Below, piece by piece: positions 52,230-63,283 of a DNA stretch of 64,000 nt. The stretch is from the NCBI GenBank assembly GCA_964019335.1, contig OZ025668.1, positions 186,001 through 250,000 of the forward strand, in the 5' to 3' direction. Each line of letters starts with the position of its first letter. The stretch's first letter is position 1. The stretch is from Diplonema japonicum. Its lineage: Eukaryota > Protista > Euglenozoa: Diplonemea. The notes under the pieces were generated by a model. It had not been told where the DNA came from. It searched no databases and saw only the letters and a list, made by a program, of their open reading frames with translations. A program made the translations under genes and the position numbers.

Positions 52230-52332
52230 TCTTTTGTTTAGCTTTGGTGCATATTCCGACCACTCTTTTTTTTACCGGTTTCTTAAAAAAAAAAAAAAAA
52301 AAGCTACTGTACAAAAAGGGGGGAAAGAAAAT

Positions 52333-53471
52333 CTAGTACATAGGTGTGGGGGTCCTGCTGTCCAGCTTGGCTTGTGCCATGGCCAGCTGGGCGAAGACAG
52401 CAGGCGGCGGGAGATTCTGACGAAGGATAAGATCGCAGACACCAAGCAGCGTTGAAGCTGGTGTGGTGGGGAGCTGCAGACGGAGCGTTGCGGCGGGACA
52501 CACGAAGGTAACGGTGAGCTCCGAGGTGGCGTGGTCGGAGAGGACGTCGCGCGTGATCTTGTCAACGTTATGAAAGGGAAAGGCACCAGGGCAGCCCCCC
52601 GCAGGGTCTATCAACCGGAGATCCTCAAGCGTAACAAGCAGGATGCACTGATCCCAAGTGTCCCCATCCATACTGCGCAGCACCATGTCGTGGAAAAGGA
52701 CACGATCGCAGGCAGCCAGAACGACGTTTATACCACGAACAGCACCCTCACAGTAAGGCAGGCTGGTGATGGGACAGGTTCCCTCCCCGAAGGGCCGGAT
52801 AATGTCAGCCCTGGGCGGTGCTGTGATAATATTTTGCGGCGGCGACATGTCACGAGTGTGGCGTTGCTCGTACACCATAGGCGGTGACGGGAGCGGGGTG
52901 GAGACCCTTACTGGCTCATGAACAGGCGTGTTCTTCAAAGGAACACTTTGGGGAGAAGGCCGTGGCGGGGAGGTTCTTAAAAGCGGCGGAGATGACATCT
53001 TCGCGTGCACCTGCACCTCTCTCACGTCCCGCTTTTCCCACAAGAAGGGAAGCGCAAAAAAAGAGATCCACATTAATATAAGCAGCCCGCTGACGCTCAC
53101 CAAGGAACCCAACCATGATAGCAGGAACGAGAAGGAGAGGACAGTAGTGGTTTGCCACCAGTCCTGCCATGTCACGATCCTTGTGGAAAAATCGACAAGC
53201 CCAGCCAGCCTTGGGGTGACCCAGTCGAGAATGGTGTCTGCGGCACGTTCGCAGTTCAACACAGGGAACTCCTTCTTCGGTGTGTGATTGTCCAAGTACA
53301 GCTTGTGGATCACCGAAAGCAACATTGCCAGAACGGCCCCCTTCATTACTAAACTCACAATACTGTGTTCAGCATATTCCACCAGCAGGTATAGTATCAC
53401 CCCCCCGCTGAGGATGAAACCAGATTCGACAGGCCTGCGCCATTCTACAACTTCTTGCCACCAACCTTGCT

Positions 53472-53475
<4 letters not shown>
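52333..53475 (-). CDS. Reticulon-domain protein with Pro-rich linker and C-terminal globular (PH-like?) domain
   Basis: EVVEWRRPVESG, two long hydrophobic hairpins, IVTWQDWWQT, LSWLGSLVS, FFALPFLWEK. ATG MEQGWW at 53475. Confidence 0.82.
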
Positions 53476-53504
<29 letters not shown>

Positions 53505-54276
53505 CCCCGAGTCCAATTGAGTATTGCAGTGAAGGGAATCTTGAAGATAAGTAAGATTTGCAGAGCTGCACAAGGAATTGGGTCCCTCCCGGACAAGGTT
53601 CGTGTGGTAGGTAAAAAAAAAAAAAATAATAATAAATAATAAGAAGAAGAAACACACAGAAGGAATATAAAAAAAAAAAGGGAAAACAAAAAAAAAAATA
53701 GAACGCATGAGAGGGAAGGCGTCACAAACCTGTCGGAAGATTTCTTTTTGATACTTACCAAGCAAGAAAAAAAAAAAAAAGAAAAAAAAAAAAAACACCT
53801 CGTTGTGTTGGGGAAAAAAAAAACTTTTTTCGGCCACCTCTGAGGAAAAAAATTTCATGAACTTTTTTTTTTTTTTTTATTTCCTACCCGGGTCGAGTGA
53901 ATTCTGTTCCAGAGCTGCCGAAAAAAAGCTTGCGTCGCCTTCCCAAAGCCACGGTACCCTTGACAATCTATATCTGTGCTTACAGCATGGCCTCCTACTA
54001 GGGGGGAAAAAAAAATTCAATCATCATTTGATCGGAACCAGCAGGAGGGGGGTAGCGCCACCATCAAGGGAGGGCGGCCCTCCTTTCGGTATAGGGGGGA
54101 GGGAAAAAAAAAAAAAGAAAAAAAAAAAAGGAGGAAGCCCTTTTTATTTTTTTTTTATTTTTGATATTTGTTTGAAAAAAAAAAAGCTTCCGTCCCTTGC
54201 AAAACCCCTCCCCCCCCCCGTCCTATCATGCTGCAACCCCTTATCGAAGCTAAATATATTTCTCTCCTTGCATCGA

Positions 54277-54495
54277 TAGCCACAGTACACAGGGTCACCC
54301 GATACCCACGGGTTTCTATTTACAATCGGGTTTTAATTGACAAACGGCCTGTTTTCTAACTGGGATCGATTTATCAAACCGATCATTAATCAAGATAAAC
54401 TCATCATTAACCCGACTGTGGTCGAAAATCTAAAATTTCTCGGGTCGGGTTTCAAAAACCCGAAGGTGATCGGTCAACCCTGGATACTATGGATA
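54277..54495. mobile_element. Possible MITE with imperfect ~27-bp TIRs
   Basis: TAGCCACAGTACACAGGGTCACCCGAT versus ATCGGTCAACCCTGGATACTATGGATA. Confidence 0.5.
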
Positions 54496-55914
54496 GCAGT
54501 AGAAAAGGGGAAAAAAAAAAAAGAAAAAAAAGTTTTTTTTTTTTTTTTAGTGGAAAATAGAAAATGGAGGAAAGGTGGCACGAAAGAGGGGTACATATAA
54601 ATATTTGGGGGAGGGGGAAAAAAAAATTGTATTTTGCCTTGCTTTCCGAGAAAACAATAAGAAGGTAAGGGGAGTAAAAAAAAAAAAAAAAGAAGAAAAA
54701 AAAAAAAAAAAAGCCCACAGTACGCACACAGCCAGTAATAATGGTTTCGGCAGACAGGTTTATTTTATTATATGGTACCTCTCTCAGTTTCCCATTTTCT
54801 TTTTTTTTTCTTCTTCTTCTTTCTCCCCCTTTTCCCTTTTATTGCGTTTTATCTTCTTTGCTTCTTTAAGAACACCCCCCCCCCCCCCCCCCCCTTGTCC
54901 ATTTCTTTTTTATCTCCCTCCTCCTCCCGCCCCGTGCTTAACCATACAACCATAAAAAAAATAGGAAGAGCAAAAAAAAAAAAAAAAAGCAAGGAGAAGG
55001 AAAAAGGACGAAAAAAAAAAGAACTTTACACAGGAATGAGTCCTTCCCTTCCCTGTATTTTCTTTAAGAGAAAGTGGTAGGGTGTAAACCTCCGCTCTGG
55101 CTTTGGGGGGGAGAAGGACGTGCCTGGTATTTTCTTATTCTTTTTCTTTTTCTTCTGCTTTTGATAGAAGGTAGGGTAGATGCCTTGGTGATAGTACAGA
55201 AAGAGAAATACTGTAAGGTTCAAAAATGCCTGGCTGACAAAAATCCCAAAAAAGCTCCTTTTCAGTGACCTTCAATAAGAACTCCCTGAATAGAAAAATG
55301 GGCATTTTTTTCATTTTACAATAAATCGCTTGTGAAGCAGTGTAACAAAAAAAAAAAAAAAGAAGAAGGGAAAAAAAAAAAAAAAAAAACAAAGAAAATA
55401 TAATATCAATACACGCAAGAAGAAATGGATTTTGCCGTAAAAAAAAAAAAAAGAAAGAAACAAAAGAAGAAGAAAACCAACTACTTCGCCCCCAGAACAA
55501 GCAATTGTGACACCTAAAAAAAAAAAAAGAAAAAGAAGAAAAACAAAATAATCTTTTAATGACCTATGCTATTCTTTTCTTTTTTCTCTTTTTTTTTTTG
55601 TTCGCACGAGTATAAGAAAAATTTAAGGGGAATAAAAAAAATTTAAAAAAAAAAAAAATCTGCTTAAAGTCTTTCTGCTCGACACGACCGCGCATAAGGT
55701 TGGTTCAAATTCTTTCTTTTTTCATAGCCTGCACGTTATAACGCAAGCATAACGTTATCAAATTGATATTTTAAAACACCCGGTATCAAATACCATAACG
55801 CAAAAAAGGGCCCATAATCTTATTACGTACCCGTTATTTTAACGATATCGAATTAAATAACGTTATTTTAATCGGTGAAATATTAAAATAACGTTATTTT
55901 ATTCGTGCAAATAT

Positions 55915-56021
55915 ATGAGTTAAAGGAAGTCTTTGTGAGACGCCCCCTTGTTCTCATCTTCTACCTGCACCTATCCCCTTTCAGCAGCGGTTTCTCCTCC
56001 TTTGGTGGTCTTGCCGGCCTT
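55915..56021 (-). mobile_element. 107-bp 5'-truncated LINE tail nested in the TIR element, with a 7-bp target-site duplication
   Basis: Near-identical to 2170-2276; flanked by CAAATAT at 55908-55914 and 56022-56028. Confidence 0.85.
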
Positions 56022-56813
56022 CAAATATTAAAATAACGTTATTTAATTCAGGCAAATATTACCAAGACCATTTTCAATTTCTTTTTTTCAAAAACCCTAT
56101 TTTGACGATCTGAGCCCATTCCGACCTCCAAAACCCAAAATAGAGCCCTATTTAAGGCTTTAGATGCAGTTTTGAGAAAATTGGGTTTTCGGACTTGTAA
56201 TCAATATGGGTCAGGGTCGATTCTCTACCCATATTTCAGGCAAAAAAAAAACCCATGTATGATATGAATCCGTCCAGAAAGAATGTGTTCAACAGCTTTT
56301 CGGGAAAATAATCCTTTTCTATGTCGTTTCGATACTCTAGTGGGTCGGCTTTGTGTATCTGGGGCCCCCGGGAGACGAATAGAAGGGTTGTAATGAGTAT
56401 GGTTTCAATGCTCGCCTCCCATTTTAATTTTATTGACTTTTGATGTCGCTCCTAGTTAAAATTTAAACATGAAGGGAGGGAAACTGGTAAAAAGGTGGTC
56501 TCAATTTTAGTGCCATGCGGTAGTTTTCTCTGGAATATCCGCACCAGCACTAAAGAGAGTCCTTGTCTCCAGACGTTCCTGCCACCACGGACTTACCCTC
56601 TGCTTACGATGCAGCGAACAAAGCGCTGTTCCCTCATGCATCTCATGCATCGTCTGGAGTCCCACTGACTCGGGAATCTCTTCTAAGTACTTTCTGGGGG
56701 TAGCCATGCCTTCCAAACACCCACAAGTACCCCTCTAGCTCTCTCTTAGCCTCTTATCCCTCCCTGTGCATTCTTGAAACAGCGTCTTCTCATTCTCCAA
56801 ATTTTCACCGATT

Positions 56814-56861
56814 AAAATAACATAAAATAACATAAAATAACATAAAATAACATAAAATAAC
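56814..56861. repeat. Tandem repeat (AAAATAACAT) x ~4.8
   Basis: Directly visible; lies in the subterminal region of the 55723-57043 element. Confidence 0.9.
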
Positions 56862-57278
56862 GCTTCGGATGTTAAGTTACCCATGTTCATGGTCTCCAAA
56901 AATCATATTTCGTGTTTCTGGACCCCATCTCGACATCTGCGGGGGTATAGAGGACCTCGGCGTGCCCAGGCCAATTTTGCACCATTTAAATACCCGAACC
57001 GATTAAAATACCCGATTGGTATCGGTATAACGTGCAGGCTATGTTTTAAAAAAAAAAGGGGGGGGGGGATTGATTTTGTGGTTCTTTTTTTTTTTCCCCT
57101 TTTTTTTTCCCCCTGAAGTTACTGTAAATGTCTTCTTCTTCTTCTTCTTCTTTTTTTTTTTTTTTCCCCCGTTTTCTTTCATTATTTTCATTTCTTTTAC
57201 TGAGAAATAATTAAAAAAAAAAAATATATCCCCCCCTTTTTTTATTATATAAAACAACACATCATCCCATCAAAGTAC

Positions 57279-59318
57279 TCAATCACTGTCAGTGACAACA
57301 TGAGGGGGCTGCCCATCACACATATCACAAGTCCCATGTTCAGGAGGGTTTACATATGTGCAAGCAGGGCAGGACCATTCCACAGTGGGAGGACGCACAC
57401 GGACAGTTTCCATTTCAGTAAGCAGCCCAATCCAGTTACGTTGCGTAGGGAAATCCACCGTGACGAGTTCACGGGTACGCTCTACAGCAGTGACAACCCC
57501 TATATCAGTCTTCTTAATCCTCCCCCATGCGAAACGCGGTGTCACAACAGAAGGTTTCACCCTGATGTGCGCCCCCACACGGACACGCTTTGGGGACGAT
57601 GCTGGAGAGGATGCAGCAGATGGAACATCTTCAACAGGAGCTTCCTCAACAACTTCCATATCCGGTTGATATCCCTTCCAATCATGGTGACGAGGGAAGG
57701 ACACCTGGCATGTCAGGTTACCATCGTTGCTGGCTGTCACAATACCTACATCTCCAGGGGATACATTTCCCCATTGGTATTTTGGAGTGGGAACCTCTGC
57801 TTTAACGCGGACCTTCATGCCAACAACCAGTCTGGGAGGATCGTCAACACCAGGGCGGAGGACGTTTTCCATTACGTATACGAAAGTGCCTCTTGGGAGC
57901 TTCACTTTTACTTTTCGTTCCTGCGGCATAACCACAACGATCTTTCCTACTTTTCCGCATGTTGCGTCCATTGATGAGACCCAGTTGGACCTGTCGTCTT
58001 GCTGTTGTTTTGCGCGGGCAAGGTCGCGGAGGACTTGAACCTCGTCACCGACCTGCCATGGTTTGTAAGTGTCCAGGTATGCCGGGACTTTTTCAAGCTC
58101 CGGGAGACACCCCCTCCAGTTCGGATGTTTCGCAAAGTCCACCCTTGCTGTGTTTGTAATACGGTCTATAGACCGAATGGTCCCAATGTCGCCAGGGCGG
58201 ACCCTGCCCCATTTGTACCTTGGTGTTCCGATCTCCGACATTATCCTAACACGCATCCCCACCTCTAGAGGAGGCTTTGCGCACAGCGGGTCGATGCTGT
58301 TCGCCCGCGATTTACTATTTTTCGGGGTTGTCAAAGCGGTGGTCACCCTCGACTTAAACCTCGGATCCTCCGCAAGGCTTGCGCACAAGGTGTCGCTCAG
58401 CCCCCTCGGCTCCAAAAACTGTTTCTTCGTAATGACATTCGGGTTCTCCATGTCGAAAAGACACCATATATTCTCCACAAGCTCCATGGCTTCCGATTCG
58501 TCTGACTGTAATGTTGTGGCGACTGCCCTGGAAACCTGCTCTTTGGTAAGCTCGTCCTTGCCTTCGACATCCCAGTGTTGGAACCAACCGATGGGGTCTT
58601 CTGGAAGAAATGGTGGGATCTTCTTGCAAATCGCGTTAATTAAGGTGTTGATGCTGTCCTTCTTCACATAACCGGTGTCGTCGGGGTCCCATGTTAACCA
58701 GTTTTCTTGCAGGATTTCATATAACATGTTAATTTCGATGTCGATGGTTGTTGCGACAGCGTCGACTGCGTCCTCTTTGGAGAGCTTCCCTTGCTGGCTG
58801 TAGTCCATTACTGCGAACCACTCCCGGGGTTTTAGTTTGGGGTTTGGGACTTCTTTCACACCGTCGAATTCAGACCTGCAGTTTGGGCATGTTTTGATGA
58901 CGGAGTCGGTGTAGAAGGTTTGGACCTTTTCGCCGTAGCCCTTACCATCGACTGACCTTATTCGTTGAGCGCAGTGCATATGGAAGTAGTGCCGGCAAAC
59001 TCGTTGGGATGATTTTGTGAGGCAGCATATCGGTGCTAGCTCGACATCGCTCAGAGCTTCCAAGCAAATAACGCATTCGTTGTTGGTGTCATGTGCCTTT
59101 GGGCTTGCGTATGGGCTCTGGCTGCTGGTCGGTGACGCGTTCATTTCTGTTCTTGGTGATGCGTCAGCGGACTCCACCTCCAGTGGGGTCGACGCGCGTG
59201 CACCGAGTTCTTCATCCTTCTCATCCCTGTCGTCTGTTTCAACGAAATTCTGGTTCGGGATCTCTACCGTTGGGGTCCCCCTGCTGGTGGCCTTGTTCAG
59301 CAACCCTCTTCTCTTCAT
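57279..59318 (-). CDS. Putative E3 ubiquitin ligase: RING + EF-hands + MIB/HERC2-type SH3-like repeats + RanBP2-type zinc finger
   Basis: CVIC...CRHYFHMHC...CPNCR; DYSQQGKLSKED, WDPDDTGYV, WDVEGKDELTKEQ, FDMENPNVITKKQF; three V(G)xRVRxK...P(R/K)(Y/F)xWGxVxxGDxGxV...V(D/S)FP...WxG repeats plus one Mind-bomb-like repeat; WSCPACTYVN..CDMC. ATG MKRRGLL at 59318. Confidence 0.85.
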   Translation of the reverse strand: MKRRGLLNKATSRGTPTVEIPNQNFVETDDRDEKDEELGARASTPLEVESADASPRTEMNASPTSSQSPYASPKAHDTNNECVICLEALSDVELAPICCLTKSSQRVCRHYFHMHCAQRIRSVDGKGYGEKVQTFYTDSVIKTCPNCRSEFDGVKEVPNPKLKPREWFAVMDYSQQGKLSKEDAVDAVATTIDIEINMLYEILQENWLTWDPDDTGYVKKDSINTLINAICKKIPPFLPEDPIGWFQHWDVEGKDELTKEQVSRAVATTLQSDESEAMELVENIWCLFDMENPNVITKKQFLEPRGLSDTLCASLAEDPRFKSRVTTALTTPKNSKSRANSIDPLCAKPPLEVGMRVRIMSEIGTPRYKWGRVRPGDIGTIRSIDRITNTARVDFAKHPNWRGCLPELEKVPAYLDTYKPWQVGDEVQVLRDLARAKQQQDDRSNWVSSMDATCGKVGKIVVVMPQERKVKVKLPRGTFVYVMENVLRPGVDDPPRLVVGMKVRVKAEVPTPKYQWGNVSPGDVGIVTASNDGNLTCQVSFPRHHDWKGYQPDMEVVEEAPVEDVPSAASSPASSPKRVRVGAHIRVKPSVVTPRFAWGRIKKTDIGVVTAVERTRELVTVDFPTQRNWIGLLTEMETVRVRPPTVEWSCPACTYVNPPEHGTCDMCDGQPPHVVTDSD

Positions 59319-59563
59319 TTTATTTTTTTTTTCCGGTGTTCTTTTCTTTTCTTCTTTTTTTTTTTTCTCGTCTTCCCCCTCTCCTCCACCACCCCTCCCC
59401 TCTTTTTTTTTTTGGTTTTTCTTTTTAAAAAATTCAAGAGAAAAAAAAATAAAAAAAAATATATATAGGGGAAGAGAGGGAGGGAAGTACAATAACAATT
59501 TTATATGAAACAAAAAAAAAGAAAGGGGGAAAAAAATGGGGGGGTCCTTTTTTTTTTATTGTC

Positions 59564-60073
59564 TTACGTGCGTTGCAAGGTTGCTAACACGGCACCTCGA
59601 AGGTCTGGAAAAGAAAGTTTGGCCGCACTGCGGTGACGCTCGACGTGGCGAAGCAACAATGGGAGGTTTGGGAAATGCCTGCGGAAGAAAGGATCGCATC
59701 GCAGGGCCCTACGAAGATCGGGAATTGCTGCTGCCCCTGTGTGAGTCATGTCGCATGCTGTGAAGACCTCCCTCGTGTGGCGCAGTACCTCTGCTATATA
59801 GTCCTTGAGAGGATCAGGTAAAGGCGGTGGGCTGCACTCTTCCATAAGCGTCTCTGAAATACTCCCCTCACTCCCTTCGTCCGCCTCAAGCCAACCCTCC
59901 CACACTCTGACTCTCTTTTCCCTTTCTGCGACCTTCTTCTCCCTCTCCTTTACCTCCTCTGCTTTCTTCAGCCAGTATGAATAACCACCGTCCTCTTCCA
60001 TTTGGCGTATCTTGTCCTTTAGCCTTAAAATCTCATCGAGAGCTTCCTGCAGTTGTGGGTCGAAACCCTCCAT
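59564..60073 (-). CDS. Hypothetical coiled-coil protein with EF-hand-like C-terminus (169 aa)
   Basis: ATG start; EEVKEREKKVAEREKR coiled coil; VFTACDMTHTGAAAIPDLRRAL EF-hand-like. Confidence 0.65.
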   Translation of the reverse strand: MEGFDPQLQEALDEILRLKDKIRQMEEDGGYSYWLKKAEEVKEREKKVAEREKRVRVWEGWLEADEGSEGSISETLMEECSPPPLPDPLKDYIAEVLRHTREVFTACDMTHTGAAAIPDLRRALRCDPFFRRHFPNLPLLLRHVERHRSAAKLSFPDLRGAVLATLQRT

Positions 60074-61526
60074 TGTGTGTTTGTTTATATATTCTTCGGT
60101 CCCCCCCCCCTTATTTTTTTGTAGAAACAGGAAGATTATTACTTTACGTACTTAAAGAGAAAAAAAAATGAAATCGTTTTTCTTTTTTTTTTTCTCTTTT
60201 TTTTTTTCCTTCATCTCGGATCCAAAAAAAAAAAAAAAAAAAACTTTTGTAACAGGTTGTGGTGGTAGTGGTGGTGGGGGGGTTTTGAAGGAACAAAGGG
60301 GTGAGAGATTTTTCATCATTCTTATTCTTCTTTTTGTTTTCTTCATTTTCTTTTTGCTTTTCTTTCCTCTGTGGTGCTCAGTACATATGATGATAAAAAA
60401 AAGGAGTTGGCTGCTGTTTGTGTGTGTGTGTGTGTGTGCAGAAAATGCACTCGAGCCTTGTACTTTTTTTCTTCTTTTTTCCTTCCTGTTCGTTCCATGA
60501 TCTTTCTTAAAGTGGGAGAGGAGAAAAAAAGAGGTGAAGGAAATCACAATTTATAAAAAAAAAAAAAGGAGGGAGAGATCCTGGTTCTTCTTTTTTCTCT
60601 CACTCCCCCCCCTTTTTTTTAAACCCTATCAAAAGGCCTGGTGTGGCGCAAACCACCTGCATCTGATCTAGAGGGAAAAAGGAGGGGGAAACGGGAAGAA
60701 TAAGATAATGACTTGAGCCCATCACGAAGAAATGGGGAAAAACATATGATGATGAAACAAGAGCCTCAAACCACGTGGGACCATGTGGGAAAAAAAAAAA
60801 AATAATAAATAAATAAAGATCAATAAAAAATTTGGAGTTACTCCTGCTGGAATCCAACCCAATAGGCTGTTGGAAGTATAATATGGCACAAGGAGCTAAA
60901 CACTTTTTTTCTTTTTTTTTTTCCATCAGAAAAACTTTATTTTTTTTTTTAAACTTTTGCTTTTTTTTTTTTTTTTTTTACCGCGGGGCAGTTTCGCAAC
61001 AATAAATAACAAATAAAATAACAAAGCCTTCTCGTCAAAAAGTTTTTCAATTGGTCTTTTTAAAAAAAAAAATAAGAACGAACCCATGGGGACACAGTTT
61101 TATCAGGGCTATTCAATTATTTTCCCCCTCTTTTTTTTGCACACTTATCCCCCCTCTTATTTCTTTTTAATAAGAGGTATTTTCCCAGCACATCAGTCAG
61201 ATACCAAGACTCGAAATCAGATGTTCTGGTGGTGGTGGTGGTGGTGGTGGTGGTGGGGGGGGGGGGGGGGGGGGTGAAGTTCGATAAACGAACAACAAAA
61301 CTAACTCGTGAAAATGTCATTCAAAATAAAATAAAACTCGGTGGGGGGGGAGGATGAAATTAAGAACCTTTCAATGCGGCATATGTGTAATGGCAACGGA
61401 GCAACGGGGTGGGGTGGAATGGGGAGAGCTCAAAAAAAAAAAAAATTATTTTGAAAATCAATTGGAATCTTTTTTTTTTTTTTTTTTTTTTTAAACTTTT
61501 TTTTTTTTACTATAAAACAATGGAAA

Positions 61527-61566
<40 letters not shown>

Positions 61567-61586
61567 GATCAAAAAAAAAAAAAAAT

Positions 61587-63283
61587 CTAAGTACTGACCG
61601 GTCCGTTAGTTTGGGGGGAAACACCTAACGGGGACTTCGCAGTGCCTGCAGCCGGACTTGCTGAAGGGACCTGGATCGGGGAAGGTCCAGGAGACTTCAC
61701 GAAATTGTTGGACGGGGAAGGGGAGGGAGAGGGAAGAGGCCTGCCCCTACCTGCGGGGAACCCACTGTGCTCAGTTTCCAGCGGGCCCCTACAGTGCTGT
61801 ACTAGCTCAGAACCCCGAAGAGCCAACTTAGCAGGTTGCTTCCCAAAGGACAAGTTCGACAATGGAGGGGTGGCCAGCGCACGCAGCGGCCTGTTCATTG
61901 GCGTCGGCACCTTTAAAGGCGCATAAGAGGGCGTGGAGGCGTTCTTCTTAACAATAGTAACCTCCTTCTGGTAGTCCCATCTCACATGGTACCTGTTGCA
62001 CAGCTTCTTTATGTACTGAGCTCCTTCAACAGACTTCGGCAGCACCAGCTCCCTGTTCTCAGACGACATAAACGTACGAAACTGCAAATCGAGCACACGC
62101 TCTTCGGTCTCCATGTCAGGCTCCTCGTCAGGAAGCGGGACATAAGTCGTAGGTTGCGGGGGAGGGGACTTCCCTTCAGGCGGTGCCTCTAGAGAGATAC
62201 CCCTTGCTGGACCGTCGGTTTTGGCTTGCTTGTGCTTGAATTCCACACGGACCTTTTTTTTTTTTTTTTTTTCCCCTTATTTTATACTTTTCTCCCATGC
62301 ATCACAAGCTGGTCCAACTGGTACCGTCCCTTCTCAGCTTCGGTTCGGGATGGGAACTTCACGAAGGCGATCCCCTTGAACATCCCCTTCTCATCATGGT
62401 AGTATCTGATGTACGTGGGACGGCAAGCCATGCGTGTCTTTTTTTTTTTTTTTTTTTTTTTTTAATAGTTTTGTCCATTACCATTTCGTCCATTAAGGTC
62501 TCGTGTTTGAGCTGGAACGGGAGGTTCTTCAGAACCAGCGTGGAGTGCGCTGTGGTCTTCGGTGCGTCTAGGGAGTGCACGGTGTGGGCAAAGTTGAAAG
62601 CTCTCGTCTTCAAGGCACCCCTTCCGGAGTCCGCGTCACCCCATGTCTTCGTGTGCAGCACGACAGTCACCCTTAGGTCCTCAGTGCCGCTGGGTTTTTT
62701 TTTGTTCCTCTTTTTTTTTTTTCCCCTCTAACATACATGGTAACCGGGTGAGAGTTAAAACTCCCAAGGCCAAAGCTGTCGTTTTCTAACTCCTTCTGGA
62801 CAGGCTGGTGCGGGGGGATGTAGAAGTGGTGAAGCACCCGGACTTTTTCCTTTTTTTTTTTTCTTTCTTTTTTTTTTTACCCAAACCTCCTGCAGCGCCT
62901 GCAGAATAGGGCCTACGACGCCTTGTTCGGTCCCAGGGTTGCGGATGGGCACCGTGAAGTGGACAACAACACCAGGCTGAGCTTCCACTCGGTCATCTCT
63001 CTTAGACATTCCACTGCTGCTGTTTGGAGTTGGCCGCTTCTGCTTCATGAAACTGTCAATAGGCGGAGTGCCCCTGTCAGGAGTGCCTCTTCGAAAGCTA
63101 CGGGGTGTTGTGAAGAAAGTGTGGGAAAAAAAAAAAAAAAAAACCATACTCGCCATTACTCCTCCACGAGGAAACTTCCATGTGCGGCCTAGCCGACCCC
63201 CCGCTGCCTGGTATCGCGACAGGCGCACTGCCGTTGTCTACCCCGTTGCTAGGGGGTGTCTTCTTTACAAGTTCTGTAAGCAT
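61587..63283 (-). CDS. RRM + R3H-like RNA-binding protein, six exons (63283-63150, 63097-62887, 62849-62737, 62689-62482, 62437-62288, 62252-61587; 493 aa)
   Basis: Splicing five GT-AG introns yields one open frame containing RNP2 (TLVLKNLPF), RNP1 (KGIAFVKF) and HGRK|VRVEFK, then an R3H-like segment (FRTFMSSENRELVLP). Confidence 0.85.
62253..62287 (-). other. Predicted 35-nt intron GTATAA...poly(A)AG
   Basis: Phase 0; joins GRK to VRVEFK of the RRM; contains an in-frame stop if retained. Confidence 0.85.
62438..62481 (-). other. Predicted 44-nt intron GTAATG...poly(A)AG
   Basis: Phase 0; needed to put RNP2 and RNP1 in one frame. Confidence 0.85.
62690..62736 (-). other. Predicted 47-nt A-rich intron GTATGT...AAACCCAG
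   Basis: Phase 2; restores the frame. Confidence 0.75.
62850..62886 (-). other. Predicted 37-nt intron GTTTGG...poly(A)AG
   Basis: Phase 0; restores the frame. Confidence 0.72.
63098..63149 (-). other. Predicted 52-nt intron GTATGG-poly(T)...CGTAG
   Basis: Phase 2; joins the ATG-63283 exon to the next exon in frame. Confidence 0.75.

Larger units (their letters stand above)
55723..57043. mobile_element. Non-autonomous TIR DNA transposon (1.32 kb; CATAG termini, P- or hAT-like)
   Basis: Perfect 18-bp TIRs CATAGCCTGCACGTTATA / TATAACGTGCAGGCTATG; subterminal AAAATAAC repeats at both ends; no clear target-site duplication. Confidence 0.8.

Noticed and set aside
55191-55202. TTTCTGTACTAT on the minus strand, a partial SL-like match
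   Set aside because: Only 12 nt, lacks the terminal TTG and is not followed by a retro-copy; compatible with chance.
56507-56716. 69-aa ORF inside the TIR element as a transposase remnant
   Set aside because: No transposase motif recognisable.
56814-56861. CRISPR-like or telomere-like array
   Set aside because: A simple spacerless 10-bp tandem repeat inside a TIR element.
1808-61624. Many Lys/Phe-rich ORFs in intergenic DNA and long non-ATG N-terminal extensions of real genes
   Set aside because: They are translations of poly(A)/poly(T)/poly(G) tracts; GTG/TTG starts are not expected in this eukaryotic context.
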